From an uncultured Gammaproteobacteria bacterium (GTDB taxonomy: Bacteria > Patescibacteriota > Microgenomatia > UBA10105 > UBA927), in assembly GCA_964361785.1 (NCBI GenBank), contig CAYIBX010000004.1:1-55712 (forward strand): 55,712 nucleotides of DNA, in the 5' to 3' direction. The notes beneath the pieces are model-generated. The model saw only the letters and a list, made by a program, of their open reading frames with translations. It made no database searches and was not told the origin of the DNA. Position numbers and translations under genes: made by a program. Positions 15,874-25,336 of the stretch are shown here, one piece after another; the stretch's first letter is position 1, and each line of letters starts with the position of its first letter.

Positions 15874-17661
15874 ATGACAAATCATGAATTAGCAGAGCTT
15901 CTCAAGAAAGTATCAGCCGCATACCAGATATTGGGAGAAAATAGATTTCGCATCATAGCCTATGACAAAGCGGCAGATAGTATCGAACATCTTACCACGG
16001 ATATTAAAGACTATTGGATTGCGGGAACATTGGGTGAGATAGAAGGGGTTGGAAAAACCATCGCCGAGCACATAGATGAAATTTTAAAAACCGGGAAGAA
16101 TAGACATTGGGAGTCTGTTTTTGCCAAAGTCCCAGAAGCAGTGTTTCCGCTTTTGTTCGTCCCCGGCATAGGGCCGAAAAAAGCGTATGCGCTCGTCACG
16201 ATTCTTAGGTTAGAAAATGAGAAGTCAGCAGTTACTGATCTAGAAAAGGCAGCCAAAGCAGGAAAGATTGAACCGCTTGATGGGTTCGGCAAACGATCGC
16301 AAGATGTCATTCTTGAGGCAATCAGTGCATTTAAGAAGGGACAAATTAAGGAAAACCGTATGCCATTGCCATACGCTGACGTGGTTGCGATAGAAGTTAT
16401 GGAGTATGTTGCCAAAGCAGGAGGATGTGAAAAGATTGATGTACTTGGAAGTCTTCGGCGAAAAGTGGCAACAATAGGCGATATCGATATAGCGGTAGCC
16501 ACGAATGATCCTGATAAGATTATTGAACGTTTTATTTCGTTTCCGCATCAAAAGATCATTGAAAAGGGTCCAAGTGGGGCAACGCTGCTTCTTGCCAACG
16601 GAAAACAAGTCGATATGCGTGTCCAGACACCAAAAGCGTACGGCGCGATGCTCCAGTACTTTACAGGCTCTAAACAACACAACATTGCACTTCGGGAGTA
16701 TGCGTTGACAAAGGGTTTGTCGCTTTCAGAACATGGTATTAAAGACTTAAAGACTGGTAAGGTTCGTGTCTTTGCGACTGAGGAGCAGTTTTATCACCAT
16801 CTTGGCTTAGACTATGTAGTACCTGAATTGCGCGAGGGTCGCGATGAAATTACGATGGCTAAAAAACACTCGTTACCGACGCTTATTGAAAAAGGCCAAA
16901 TACTTGGAGATCTTCATATCCATAGCAGTTATGATTTACATTCGTCGCATGATGTGGGAGTAAGTAGCGTGAAGGAGATTTTAGAAACTGCTGATATATT
17001 GGGCTATGAGTACGTCGGATTTTCCGATCATAATCCATCTGTATCAAATCTTTCGAGTAGTGTAATTACCCAAATTATGAAAAAGCGAAAAAAGTATTAT
17101 GAACAACAATACTACTCGTATACTACAGGTGTTCGTAAAGGTAAAAAAGCTACGTCACTGTTTGTTATGTGTGAAGTGGACATAAAACCAGATGGTTCGT
17201 TAGCATTGCCAGAAGATGCGTTTGAGTTCGTCGATGCAGTGGTAGTATCACTTCATTCTGCTTTCACTCAACCCCGTAAACAGGTGACAGATCGAATTAT
17301 CAAAGCACTGACATCTCATGCGAAGGTGCGAATCTTTGGACACCCTACAGGAAGGCTTTTAGGGAGCAGGGAGGGAGTGGATGCTGATTGGAAAGAGGTA
17401 TTTGTCGTCGCGAAGGAAAAAAATATTGCATTGGAAATAAATTCTTTCCCTGAACGATTGGATTTGCCTGACGGGCTAGTGGCGGTTGCCAAGGAAATGG
17501 GGGTTAAGTTTTGTATAGATACAGATGCACATGATAAAGCGCATATGAATCTTATGCCTTACGGCGTGTCCGTCGCTAGGCGTGGGGGACTGTCAGACGA
17601 TGACGTGGTGAATACCTATCCCTATACAAAATTTGCACAGTGGTTGTACAATAAGAAATAG
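15874..17661 (+). CDS. polX: family X DNA polymerase with C-terminal PHP phosphoesterase domain (PolX)
   Basis: N-terminal HhH region (GVGKTIAEHI, GIGPKKA), pol-beta nucleotidyltransferase motif GSLRRKVATIGDIDIAV, and PHP motifs GDLHIHSSYD, FSDHN, DTDAH. Confidence 0.9.
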   Translation: MTNHELAELLKKVSAAYQILGENRFRIIAYDKAADSIEHLTTDIKDYWIAGTLGEIEGVGKTIAEHIDEILKTGKNRHWESVFAKVPEAVFPLLFVPGIGPKKAYALVTILRLENEKSAVTDLEKAAKAGKIEPLDGFGKRSQDVILEAISAFKKGQIKENRMPLPYADVVAIEVMEYVAKAGGCEKIDVLGSLRRKVATIGDIDIAVATNDPDKIIERFISFPHQKIIEKGPSGATLLLANGKQVDMRVQTPKAYGAMLQYFTGSKQHNIALREYALTKGLSLSEHGIKDLKTGKVRVFATEEQFYHHLGLDYVVPELREGRDEITMAKKHSLPTLIEKGQILGDLHIHSSYDLHSSHDVGVSSVKEILETADILGYEYVGFSDHNPSVSNLSSSVITQIMKKRKKYYEQQYYSYTTGVRKGKKATSLFVMCEVDIKPDGSLALPEDAFEFVDAVVVSLHSAFTQPRKQVTDRIIKALTSHAKVRIFGHPTGRLLGSREGVDADWKEVFVVAKEKNIALEINSFPERLDLPDGLVAVAKEMGVKFCIDTDAHDKAHMNLMPYGVSVARRGGLSDDDVVNTYPYTKFAQWLYNKK

Positions 17662-17687
17662 AAAAACATTTATAGAGGAGGAAAAGT

Positions 17688-18242
17688 ATGAATCCGTTAT
17701 ATTTAGGTGGAGGAGCAGTAGCACTAGTGGTTGTATATTTTTGGTCTCTCTATAACGGGTTAATCAGAGAATCGACGGATATTGATGAAGCATGGGGACA
17801 AATTCAGGTGCAATTAAAACGAAGAGCTGATCTTATTCCAAATTTGGTGGAGTCGGTCAAAGGGTATGCCAAGCATGAAAAAGGCGTATTTACTGAGGTG
17901 ACCAAGGCAAGAACTGCGGTGATGAACGCTGACAGTCCTGCTGAAGCGGCAAAAGCGGATAACATGTTGACAGGTGCTTTGAAGAGCTTGTTTGCGGTGG
18001 CAGAGGCGTATCCCAAGCTTGAAGCGAATCAAAATTTTATGCAGCTTCAGAAGGAACTTTCTGATACCGAAGATAAAGTAGCGTATTCAAGACAGTACTA
18101 CAATGCACAACTTTTGGAGTACAACTTGAAAGTAAAAACATTTCCAAATAATGTATTTGTGGGTATGTTTGGATTCACATCTCGCGAATTCTTTAAGGCT
18201 GGTGAGGGTGAGCAGAATAAAGTAGATGTGAAGTTTTCTTAA
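17688..18242 (+). CDS. lemA: LemA family protein
   Basis: N-terminal TM followed by QLKRRADLIPNLVESVKGYAKHE…YPKLEANQNF…L…TE(D/N)K…R..YN, typical of LemA. GGAGG SD. Confidence 0.9.
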   Translation: MNPLYLGGGAVALVVVYFWSLYNGLIRESTDIDEAWGQIQVQLKRRADLIPNLVESVKGYAKHEKGVFTEVTKARTAVMNADSPAEAAKADNMLTGALKSLFAVAEAYPKLEANQNFMQLQKELSDTEDKVAYSRQYYNAQLLEYNLKVKTFPNNVFVGMFGFTSREFFKAGEGEQNKVDVKFS

Positions 18243-19139
18243 ATGACAATTTCTTCTCAAATTCGGTCAAATATAGCAAAAACGTATTTGTTGATGGCAG
18301 TATTTGTGGGACTTGTCATCGCGATCGGATACGTATTGGGTTATGCATTAGGGTACGGATCGGATTTCGTATGGATAGCCACACTTTTTGCAGTAATTTC
18401 TTCTTTTTCAAGCTACTGGTGGGGAGATAAGCTCGTTCTTGCTATGTCTGGAGCAAAGCCTGCAGAGAGAAAGAAAGATTTTGATTTTTTTACCGTTGCC
18501 GAGAATCTTGCAATGGCCGCAGGTATTCCAAAACCAAAACTGTATGTGATTGACGATACGGCGATGAATGCGTTTGCGACAGGCCGCGATCCTGAACATG
18601 CGGTGGTGTGTGCGACGACAGGTCTTCTTTCCAAACTTGAAAGGCGTGAATTAGAAGGCGTGATTGCGCACGAGTTGTCCCATATCAAAAATTATGATAC
18701 GAGATTATTAGCAGTCATATCCGTGCTTGCGGGAACGGTCGTATTTTTGTCTGACATGTTTATGCGTAATCTTTGGTGGGGCGGGAGAAGAAGTAGAGAT
18801 GATAATAACAACAGTGGTGGGATTATTTTAGTTATTGGTATAGCGTTGGCCATCCTTACCCCGATATTTGCAACCCTTATGCAAATGGCACTTTCGCGAA
18901 GACGGGAATTTTTGGCAGATGCATCAGGCGCTGATCTCACGCGGTATCCGGAAGGATTAGCGAGAGCACTTGCAAAATTAACACAAGACAAAGAAGTACT
19001 GGAAGCCGCTACAAATGCAACGGCGCATCTTTATATCACCAATCCGTTTAAAGGTAAAGCCTATGGTGCATGGTTTTCGAATATGTTTAACACCCATCCT
19101 CCGATAGAAGAACGGATAAAAAGATTGCGCGCGATGTAG
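18243..19139 (+). CDS. htpX: M48 family zinc metalloprotease HtpX
   Basis: HELSHIKNYD zincin motif, 4 TM segments, and NMFNTHPPIEERI at the C-terminus. The start directly abuts the lemA stop. Confidence 0.9.
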   Translation: MTISSQIRSNIAKTYLLMAVFVGLVIAIGYVLGYALGYGSDFVWIATLFAVISSFSSYWWGDKLVLAMSGAKPAERKKDFDFFTVAENLAMAAGIPKPKLYVIDDTAMNAFATGRDPEHAVVCATTGLLSKLERRELEGVIAHELSHIKNYDTRLLAVISVLAGTVVFLSDMFMRNLWWGGRRSRDDNNNSGGIILVIGIALAILTPIFATLMQMALSRRREFLADASGADLTRYPEGLARALAKLTQDKEVLEAATNATAHLYITNPFKGKAYGAWFSNMFNTHPPIEERIKRLRAM

Positions 19140-19535
19140 GAATGTGTTAAAATAATTTCCTGCCATAATACAATTATGCCCTTTTTGGTTGAAGCATTAA
19201 AAAAATGATCGAGTTTTTTTAGTTCAAAAAATTCCAATACCGCGTCCGAATAACAGACGAGGCTATAGAGATTATTCAGTCTTCCCTGATAAGTCGGCTA
19301 TCGTAGACACAAAGGGTAGTATAGTTATATTGTCGGTGAGCACATTAGCCAAAGCAGCAACACGACATAAGGACGAGATAGGTTTATGTGCGCTTTTAAC
19401 AAATTCAACTGGAAATTATCTTGGAGGCTTTGAACGATTGGATAATAGTCAAGAACGAGTAATCATGCACGAGGGAGTGCCGGTATTAAGAATTACGTCG
19501 TTAGGATAAATGTTTAGTTGCCTCTATATGCCTTA

Positions 19536-20840
19536 ATGCGCGATAATGGGGACATGTCTTTTCTTGATCGCGTCGTCATAACAAATGCAAAAACGGTATC
19601 GCAAACAAGTACGGGTCTTGGGATTGGTGCTGGGGAAACTTGGCCTGGGGAATTGGCACTTAAACTTCGCCCAAACATTGCTTCATATTTTGGAAAACAA
19701 TTTACCAAAGGTGTCATTCTCGTTGTTGGAACGAATGGAAAAACCACGACGACGTTGATGATTAAAAAAATTCTTGAATCACAAGGTGATCGAGTGGTGA
19801 CCAATGCCACAGGAGCGAATTTATTAAACGGTATCGTATCGTCTTGTATACGGCAGACGGATTGGAAAGGGAATCTGAATGCTGACTTTGGACTGTTTGA
19901 AGTAGATGAAAATTCACTTCCAATCGTACTCAAATATATTACACCGAAGCGCATCGTGATCCTCAATCTTTTTCGCGATCAGCTAGATCGGTACGGTGAG
20001 GTGGATGTGATTATAGAAAAGTGGACAAAAGTATTAAAGGACTTGCCTATTCAAACGGAAATTATTTTAAACACTGATGATCCGGCTGTCGCATATTTTG
20101 GGAAATCAGCGCAAGGCATGGTGATTTATTTTGGACTCAACGATCCGAAAGAATACTTAAAAATAGCAGAGCATGCGACAGATTCTACTTTTTGTCCTCA
20201 ATGTGGCGCGAGATTGATGTATGAAGGCATATATTACTCTCATATTGGCGTGTGGCGGTGTGAGAAATGTAATTTGAAACGGCCGACTCCCAACGTACAC
20301 ACGTTTCCGAAGGTATTGGATGGCCTGTACAACCAATACAACACGTTGGCTGCTGTCGCACTTTCGAGATCTTTAGGAATTAAAGAAGCGATTATTAAGA
20401 AGTCATTAGTATCATTTGTTCCTGCATTTGGTAGACAAGAGGAGATCGTTGTTGGGAAGAAAAAAGTAAAGTTATTTTTATCAAAAAATCCTGCAGGGTT
20501 TAATGCCTCACTTCGAACAGTTCTTGAAATGGGAGCAAAGAATATATTTATAGCACTCAATGATCGTATTCCGGATGGAAAAGACGTGAGTTGGATATGG
20601 GATGTGGATTTTGAAACGTTAAGTAAAGTTAATCAAGTGTATATGGGTGGAGATCGGGTGTATGATTTAGCACTTCGGTTGCAGTATGCGGATATACAAC
20701 CTCACGTTGAATCTGATTTAGAAATAGGTATTCGAAGAGCAATCCAAGAATTACCTAATGATCAAACATTGTTTGTATTAGCAACGTATTCAGCAATGCT
20801 AGATGTACGGAAAATCCTGACAGGGAAGAAAATATTATAA
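19536..20840 (+). CDS. murT: Mur ligase family protein MurT (lipid II isoglutaminyl synthase, ligase subunit)
   Basis: GTNGKTTT P-loop, Cys4 ribbon CPQCG…CEKC, and a C-terminal DUF1727-like region (DGKDVSWIWDVDFE). Followed by gatD. Start is uncertain: TTG 19518, ATG 19536 or ATG 19554. Confidence 0.8.
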   Translation: MRDNGDMSFLDRVVITNAKTVSQTSTGLGIGAGETWPGELALKLRPNIASYFGKQFTKGVILVVGTNGKTTTTLMIKKILESQGDRVVTNATGANLLNGIVSSCIRQTDWKGNLNADFGLFEVDENSLPIVLKYITPKRIVILNLFRDQLDRYGEVDVIIEKWTKVLKDLPIQTEIILNTDDPAVAYFGKSAQGMVIYFGLNDPKEYLKIAEHATDSTFCPQCGARLMYEGIYYSHIGVWRCEKCNLKRPTPNVHTFPKVLDGLYNQYNTLAAVALSRSLGIKEAIIKKSLVSFVPAFGRQEEIVVGKKKVKLFLSKNPAGFNASLRTVLEMGAKNIFIALNDRIPDGKDVSWIWDVDFETLSKVNQVYMGGDRVYDLALRLQYADIQPHVESDLEIGIRRAIQELPNDQTLFVLATYSAMLDVRKILTGKKIL

Positions 20841-20847
20841 ACACACA

Positions 20848-20877
20848 ATACTCTAATGAATCGATTCATTAGAGTAT
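20848..20877. repeat. 30-bp perfect palindrome between murT and gatD
   Basis: ATACTCTAATGAATC|GATTCATTAGAGTAT with no mismatch. It lies 8 nt after the murT stop and 10 nt before the gatD ATG. Confidence 0.9.
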
Positions 20878-20886
20878 AAAAACTTT

Positions 20887-21672
20887 ATGAACTTTAAAGT
20901 AAATATGGCGTGGCTCTATCCGGATCTTATGAGTACGTATGGCGATCGGGGGAATGTTACGGTTTTGCAAAAACGATGTCAATGGCGTGGGATTGAAGCT
21001 GAGATTGTGCCAATTACCCTCGAAACGCCAATCTCGAAACTTGGGAATTGTGACTTGATCTTTATGGGAGGCGCACAAGATAGGCAGCAAAAATTAGCAG
21101 GCGAGGATTTTCTCAAAAACAAAGGCCCTGTTGTAAAGCAGATGGTTGAAAATTATGTGCCTGCTTTATTTGTTTGTGCCGCGTATCAATTCGTGGGTAA
21201 GTATTATTTGCCATATCAAGGCGAAAAAATTATGGGTGCCGGAATTTTTGATTTGTATACAGAGCACTATGGGGATCAATCAAAACGGTTAATCGGAAAT
21301 GTGGTAGCGGAAGTAATTAGTGATGAGTTAATAGGGATCCCTTCGACTGGCTCAGGGCGATTATCGAAGACGATAATCGGATTTGAAAATCATGGAGGGT
21401 ATACGTATTTAGGAGACAAGATGAATCCATTGGCTAAAATTATTAAAGGAAACGGGAATAATGGCAAAGATGGATATGAGGGGGCTGTGTATAAAAATTC
21501 CATTGGCAGTTACTTTCATGGGCCTTTCTTGCCGAAAAATCCTATGATCGCTGATTGGCTGATAGAGAAAGCATTGGAAAAAAAATATGGAAAAAAGATT
21601 GTGTTAGATCCTTTGGATGATACGCTCGCAAATGATGCGCGAAAGGCAATCATGAAACGATTAGGAATTTGA
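20887..21672 (+). CDS. gatD: CobB/CobQ-like glutamine amidotransferase GatD (lipid II isoglutaminyl synthase, glutaminase subunit)
   Basis: WLYPDLMSTYGDRGN N-terminal motif, a FVCAAYQF nucleophile region and GFENHGG. Adjacent to murT. Confidence 0.8.
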   Translation: MNFKVNMAWLYPDLMSTYGDRGNVTVLQKRCQWRGIEAEIVPITLETPISKLGNCDLIFMGGAQDRQQKLAGEDFLKNKGPVVKQMVENYVPALFVCAAYQFVGKYYLPYQGEKIMGAGIFDLYTEHYGDQSKRLIGNVVAEVISDELIGIPSTGSGRLSKTIIGFENHGGYTYLGDKMNPLAKIIKGNGNNGKDGYEGAVYKNSIGSYFHGPFLPKNPMIADWLIEKALEKKYGKKIVLDPLDDTLANDARKAIMKRLGI

Positions 21673-21679
21673 CGGGTGA

Positions 21680-21928
21680 TTAAGCAGGATACACAATGAT
21701 AAGAAGTTTTTCTCCTCGTTGAATAATCCGTGAACCTGGTTTTAGCGCTCCGGCTTTGTTGCATTCAGCAATTTTATCACCATCTTTTGTTAAGGTATTT
21801 AGATCCCCAATTCGTATTTCATGAAATACTCGACCCCCTAAGTCATCAGGCGCCTCGGGAAGCCCTGCAATGAGTCTTTTTAACCCGCTTTCACCACGTC
21901 TTAAACGTAAAGGTCGAAACAATATCAT
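21680..21928 (-). CDS. hypothetical protein (C-terminal AbrB/SpoVT-like pattern, tentative)
   Basis: 82-aa ORF 4 nt downstream of the 95-aa ORF on the same strand. The C-terminus AGALKPGSRIIQRGEKLLIIVYP resembles the swapped-hairpin lGlkpGd.v.i…g.kiii.P pattern. Confidence 0.4.
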   Translation of the reverse strand: MILFRPLRLRRGESGLKRLIAGLPEAPDDLGGRVFHEIRIGDLNTLTKDGDKIAECNKAGALKPGSRIIQRGEKLLIIVYPA

Positions 21929-21932
21929 ATAT

Positions 21933-22220
21933 TTATTCTACTCCAATAAACATTATTTTAGTAAAGATTGTTTTGATTTCCTCCATAAATTTTTCCGAAA
22001 GGTTGGTGGAGAACTTGCTGTACTGGCCTGCACCCATTTTAGAGCAAAGTCTTCGTTCGTAATCACGAATAACATCCATGACCTCTGAACCTATCGAATT
22101 GTACTTGGCTTGATTGACTTGAGGAGCGATGACATATGCGTCATGGATTGGCTTAAAGGTATCAAAGAGTTCTTTATTTTCCTCAAGCATTTGTTGTACT
22201 GCGGTGCGATATTTGGTCAT
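21933..22220 (-). CDS. hypothetical helical protein
   Basis: 95-aa ORF with no recognisable motif. Divergent from gatC. Confidence 0.45.
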   Translation of the reverse strand: MTKYRTAVQQMLEENKELFDTFKPIHDAYVIAPQVNQAKYNSIGSEVMDVIRDYERRLCSKMGAGQYSKFSTNLSEKFMEEIKTIFTKIMFIGVE

Positions 22221-22268
22221 TTAAATAAGAATACTAAATCAGAGAGTAACATTCAATATGATTTTTAG

Positions 22269-22274
22269 TATAAT
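22269..22274 (+). promoter_or_regulatory. -10 box TATAAT placed 6 nt before the gatC ATG (leaderless-type promoter candidate)
   Basis: tagTATAATgccaatATG, with GTAACA 17 nt upstream as a weak -35. Confidence 0.35.
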
Positions 22275-22280
22275 GCCAAT

Positions 22281-22592
22281 ATGAAGGGTTCATCAATTTC
22301 TGCAGAGGATATAAAAAAAATTGCAAACCTTGCTAACATCCCCATATCTGATACTCAAGCAGAAGAGTTGACCAAACAAGTAGATGTGACTGTTTCGTAT
22401 GTTTCGAAACTTCAAGAGTTGCCAACTGACTCAGTAGTGGAAACCTCTCAAGTGACTGGTTTAGAAAACGTCGTACGAGAAGATATAGTCGATAAATCGA
22501 GAATTCTTACTCAAAAAGAAGCGCTTGAAAACGCTCCACACACTCACAATGGATTTTTTGTGGTCGATGCAGTTTTGGAGGAACATGAATAA
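22281..22592 (+). CDS. gatC: Asp-tRNA(Asn)/Glu-tRNA(Gln) amidotransferase subunit C
   Basis: 103 aa. IKKIANLANIPISD…EL…L…V…L…VD resembles GatC. Immediately upstream of gatA and gatB. Confidence 0.85.
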   Translation: MKGSSISAEDIKKIANLANIPISDTQAEELTKQVDVTVSYVSKLQELPTDSVVETSQVTGLENVVREDIVDKSRILTQKEALENAPHTHNGFFVVDAVLEEHE

Positions 22593-24012
22593 AAATTTAT
22601 TGGACCTTTCCATTTTGGAGTTGTCAGAACGACTTAAAACAAAGTCGATTTCAAGTGTTGAGCTCGTCACTGAATCATATCAGCGCATGGAGGCATCAGA
22701 ACCTATTATCCACGCTGCGATTACAATACGAGATAAAAAAGAAGCGTTGGGGAAGGCAAAAAATGCTGATGAAACGCGTAAAACAGATAGTCATCCACTC
22801 CACGGTATTCCCTATGTGGTGAAAGATGCTTACCTTACCAAGGGCATGCGGACAACAGCCGCATCAAAAATTCTTGATAACTATATTCCTCCATATAACG
22901 CTACAGTGATTGATCGTTTAGAAAAATGTGGAGCAATACTTATCGGTAAAATGAATATGGACGCATGGGGTCATGGCGCAAGTACTGAGAATACGGATTA
23001 TCCTGTGACCAAAAATCCATGGGATACAACAAGATCTGCTGGTGGCTCTGGCGGCGGCCCTGCAGCGGCTGTAGCACTTCGCTACGTGCCATTTGCGATA
23101 GGTGAAGATACCGGAGGATCTATTCGATTCCCAGCTTCTTGGTGTGGCATTACAGCTTTAAAAGTTACGTATGGCAGAGTGTCTCGATATGGCGCTATTG
23201 CCTATGCCTCTAGTCTTGATAGTGTAGGACCAACGGCTAAGACTACAGAGGATTGCGCCGTTGTTTTGGAAGCGATTGCAGGAATAGATCCATATGACGC
23301 GACGAGTTCTCCACATCCTGTTGATAAGTATGTGCAGGGTATTAAAGTGTCTATTAAAGGAAAACGCATAGCATTTCCTCTTGAATACTACAAAGAAGGA
23401 TTAGATCCGGAGATTAAAACAGCTATCATAAAAGCGCGTGAACAGTTTGTATCGTTAGGAGCAATTGTTGAGGACGTATTCATGCCGCTTCTTGAATTTG
23501 GTGTGCCAGTGTATTACATATTAGCACCCAGTGAGACGAGTTCTAATTTAGGACGATATGATGGTGTTCGGTACGGTGGTACGCGCGAGTTATTTACCAA
23601 AGAAACGAGACGTCGAATATTAACTGGCACGTATGCTCTATCGTCTGGATACTATGATGCGTATTATAAGAAAGCGCAGAAAGCGCGCTCTGTGTTTATA
23701 CAAAATTATACGGAAATCTTATCCAAGTATGACGCTATTTTGTCGCCAGTGACGACTATTTCGGCGACGAAATTTGGAGAATTACTTGATGATCCTGTCA
23801 CAAACATGATGATGGATGTGTATAACGTGACCGTCAATATCGTCGGCGTTCCTTCGCTTGCCTTGCCGTGCGGATTTACACAAAAGGGTTTACCGATCGG
23901 GATGCAGATTATCGGCAACATGTATGGTGAGAAAACATTAGTTTCACTTGGGGCTTCATATCAGGCAGTGACAGATTGGCACAAGAAAATTCCCAGAGGA
24001 GAAAATTCATGA
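22585..24012 (+). CDS. gatA: Asp-tRNA(Asn)/Glu-tRNA(Gln) amidotransferase subunit A (amidase signature)
   Basis: Amidase signature GGSGGGPAAAVA…GEDTGGSIRFPAS. The ATG at 22585 overlaps the gatC end by 8 nt. The track ORF starts at 22525. Confidence 0.95.
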   Translation: MNKNLLDLSILELSERLKTKSISSVELVTESYQRMEASEPIIHAAITIRDKKEALGKAKNADETRKTDSHPLHGIPYVVKDAYLTKGMRTTAASKILDNYIPPYNATVIDRLEKCGAILIGKMNMDAWGHGASTENTDYPVTKNPWDTTRSAGGSGGGPAAAVALRYVPFAIGEDTGGSIRFPASWCGITALKVTYGRVSRYGAIAYASSLDSVGPTAKTTEDCAVVLEAIAGIDPYDATSSPHPVDKYVQGIKVSIKGKRIAFPLEYYKEGLDPEIKTAIIKAREQFVSLGAIVEDVFMPLLEFGVPVYYILAPSETSSNLGRYDGVRYGGTRELFTKETRRRILTGTYALSSGYYDAYYKKAQKARSVFIQNYTEILSKYDAILSPVTTISATKFGELLDDPVTNMMMDVYNVTVNIVGVPSLALPCGFTQKGLPIGMQIIGNMYGEKTLVSLGASYQAVTDWHKKIPRGENS

Positions 24013-25331
24013 ACGAATACGAATTAGTTATCGGCATGGAAATACATGTAGAGCTAAAAACTGAGAGTGGAATGTTTTGTGGGTGTAAAAACGATCAATC
24101 GTTAGACAAAAAGCCTAATATCTACACGTGCCCAGTATGTCTAGGGCTGCCCGGCGCATTACCAGTGCCAAATAAAAAAGCGATTGATTGGACCATCATG
24201 CTTGGGTTAGCACTAGGATCAGAGATTTCAGAAGTTTCTAAATTTGACCGCAAGCATTATTTTTATCCCGATTTACCCAAAGGGTATCAAATTTCTCAAT
24301 ATGATATGCCGCTTTGTGTTGGAGGCTTTGTAGACACATCATTTGGTCGAGTACGCCTTCACAGGATTCATTTGGAAGAAGACACGGGTACCTTAAAGCA
24401 CACGACACTCGATGGAAAACGAGTGAGTCTTGTCGACTTTAATCGTTCGGGTACTCCACTTGTCGAAATAGTCACAGAGCCAGATATTCACAGTAGTGCA
24501 CAAGCGATAGAATTTCTTAAAAAATTACATCAGATCGTGCGATTTGTGGGAATTTCTGACGCCGATATGGAAAAAGGAAGTATGCGTCTTGAGCCAAATA
24601 TTTCCGTACGCGTCAAAGGGAGTACAGAGCTGCCTCAATATAAAGTAGAAGTTAAAAATATCAATTCATTTAAGTTTGCAGCAGCAGCCATAGAGTATGA
24701 ATTCAAACGACACGTAGCACTTCTTGAAGATGGCAAAATACCAGTACAAGAAACACGAGGGTGGAATGAAGATAAAAACGCTACTGTTTCTCAACGCGTG
24801 AAAGAGGGCGCATCGGATTATCGGTATTTCCCAGAGCCTGATATTCCACCTTTGCGATTTAGTAAAGAATATATAAATAATCTTAAATCCAAGATTCCAG
24901 AATCAGCACAAGAAAAAGCTCAAAGATACATAAATGAATATAAATTATCTAAAGCTCAATGCGTGGGTGTAATTACAACTCCCGAGTTTTCGAATATTTT
25001 TGAACTAATGGTTGTTGAGGGCACAAAGACTTCTGGAGTGACTGCATCAGATGTTGCTAATTGGTTAATAAATAAAAAATCAAGTATGGCCAATTTATCA
25101 CCAGAAGAATTTATCACTAAATTAATTGAAGAATCGAAAACAGTTGCAGTTTCTGATGATGAATTAAATAAAATAATAAAATCTGTTCTTTTTGAAAATG
25201 AAAAAGCAGTGACAGATTACAAATCTGGGAAAGAAACCGTTATTATGTTTCTGGTGGGCAAAGTGCGCGCGCAATTAAAGATTGATACTGCACGTATTCT
25301 TTCTGCCCTCAAGAAGGAGCTTATCTCCTAA
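24009..25331 (+). CDS. gatB: Asp-tRNA(Asn)/Glu-tRNA(Gln) amidotransferase subunit B
   Basis: YELVIGMEIHVEL, CPVCLGLPGALPV, YFYPDLPKGYQISQ and HLEEDTG. ATGA overlap with the gatA stop. The track ORF starts at 23976. Confidence 0.95.
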   Translation: MNEYELVIGMEIHVELKTESGMFCGCKNDQSLDKKPNIYTCPVCLGLPGALPVPNKKAIDWTIMLGLALGSEISEVSKFDRKHYFYPDLPKGYQISQYDMPLCVGGFVDTSFGRVRLHRIHLEEDTGTLKHTTLDGKRVSLVDFNRSGTPLVEIVTEPDIHSSAQAIEFLKKLHQIVRFVGISDADMEKGSMRLEPNISVRVKGSTELPQYKVEVKNINSFKFAAAAIEYEFKRHVALLEDGKIPVQETRGWNEDKNATVSQRVKEGASDYRYFPEPDIPPLRFSKEYINNLKSKIPESAQEKAQRYINEYKLSKAQCVGVITTPEFSNIFELMVVEGTKTSGVTASDVANWLINKKSSMANLSPEEFITKLIEESKTVAVSDDELNKIIKSVLFENEKAVTDYKSGKETVIMFLVGKVRAQLKIDTARILSALKKELIS

Positions 25332-25336
25332 GATTT

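Noticed and set aside
19205-19306. Frameshifted HesB/IscA-like remnant (MIEFF*FKKFQYRVRITDEAIEIIQSSL…) in the htpX-murT gap.
   Set aside because: The resemblance rests on one short helix-like motif and the frame has an in-frame TAG after 5 codons. The other frame (19201-19509), open over 103 codons, is the better-supported observation and is reported as a finding.
19514-19966. 150-aa minus-strand ORF at the start of murT.
   Set aside because: It is antisense to the conserved MurT N-terminal and P-loop region, and its composition is typical of a shadow ORF.
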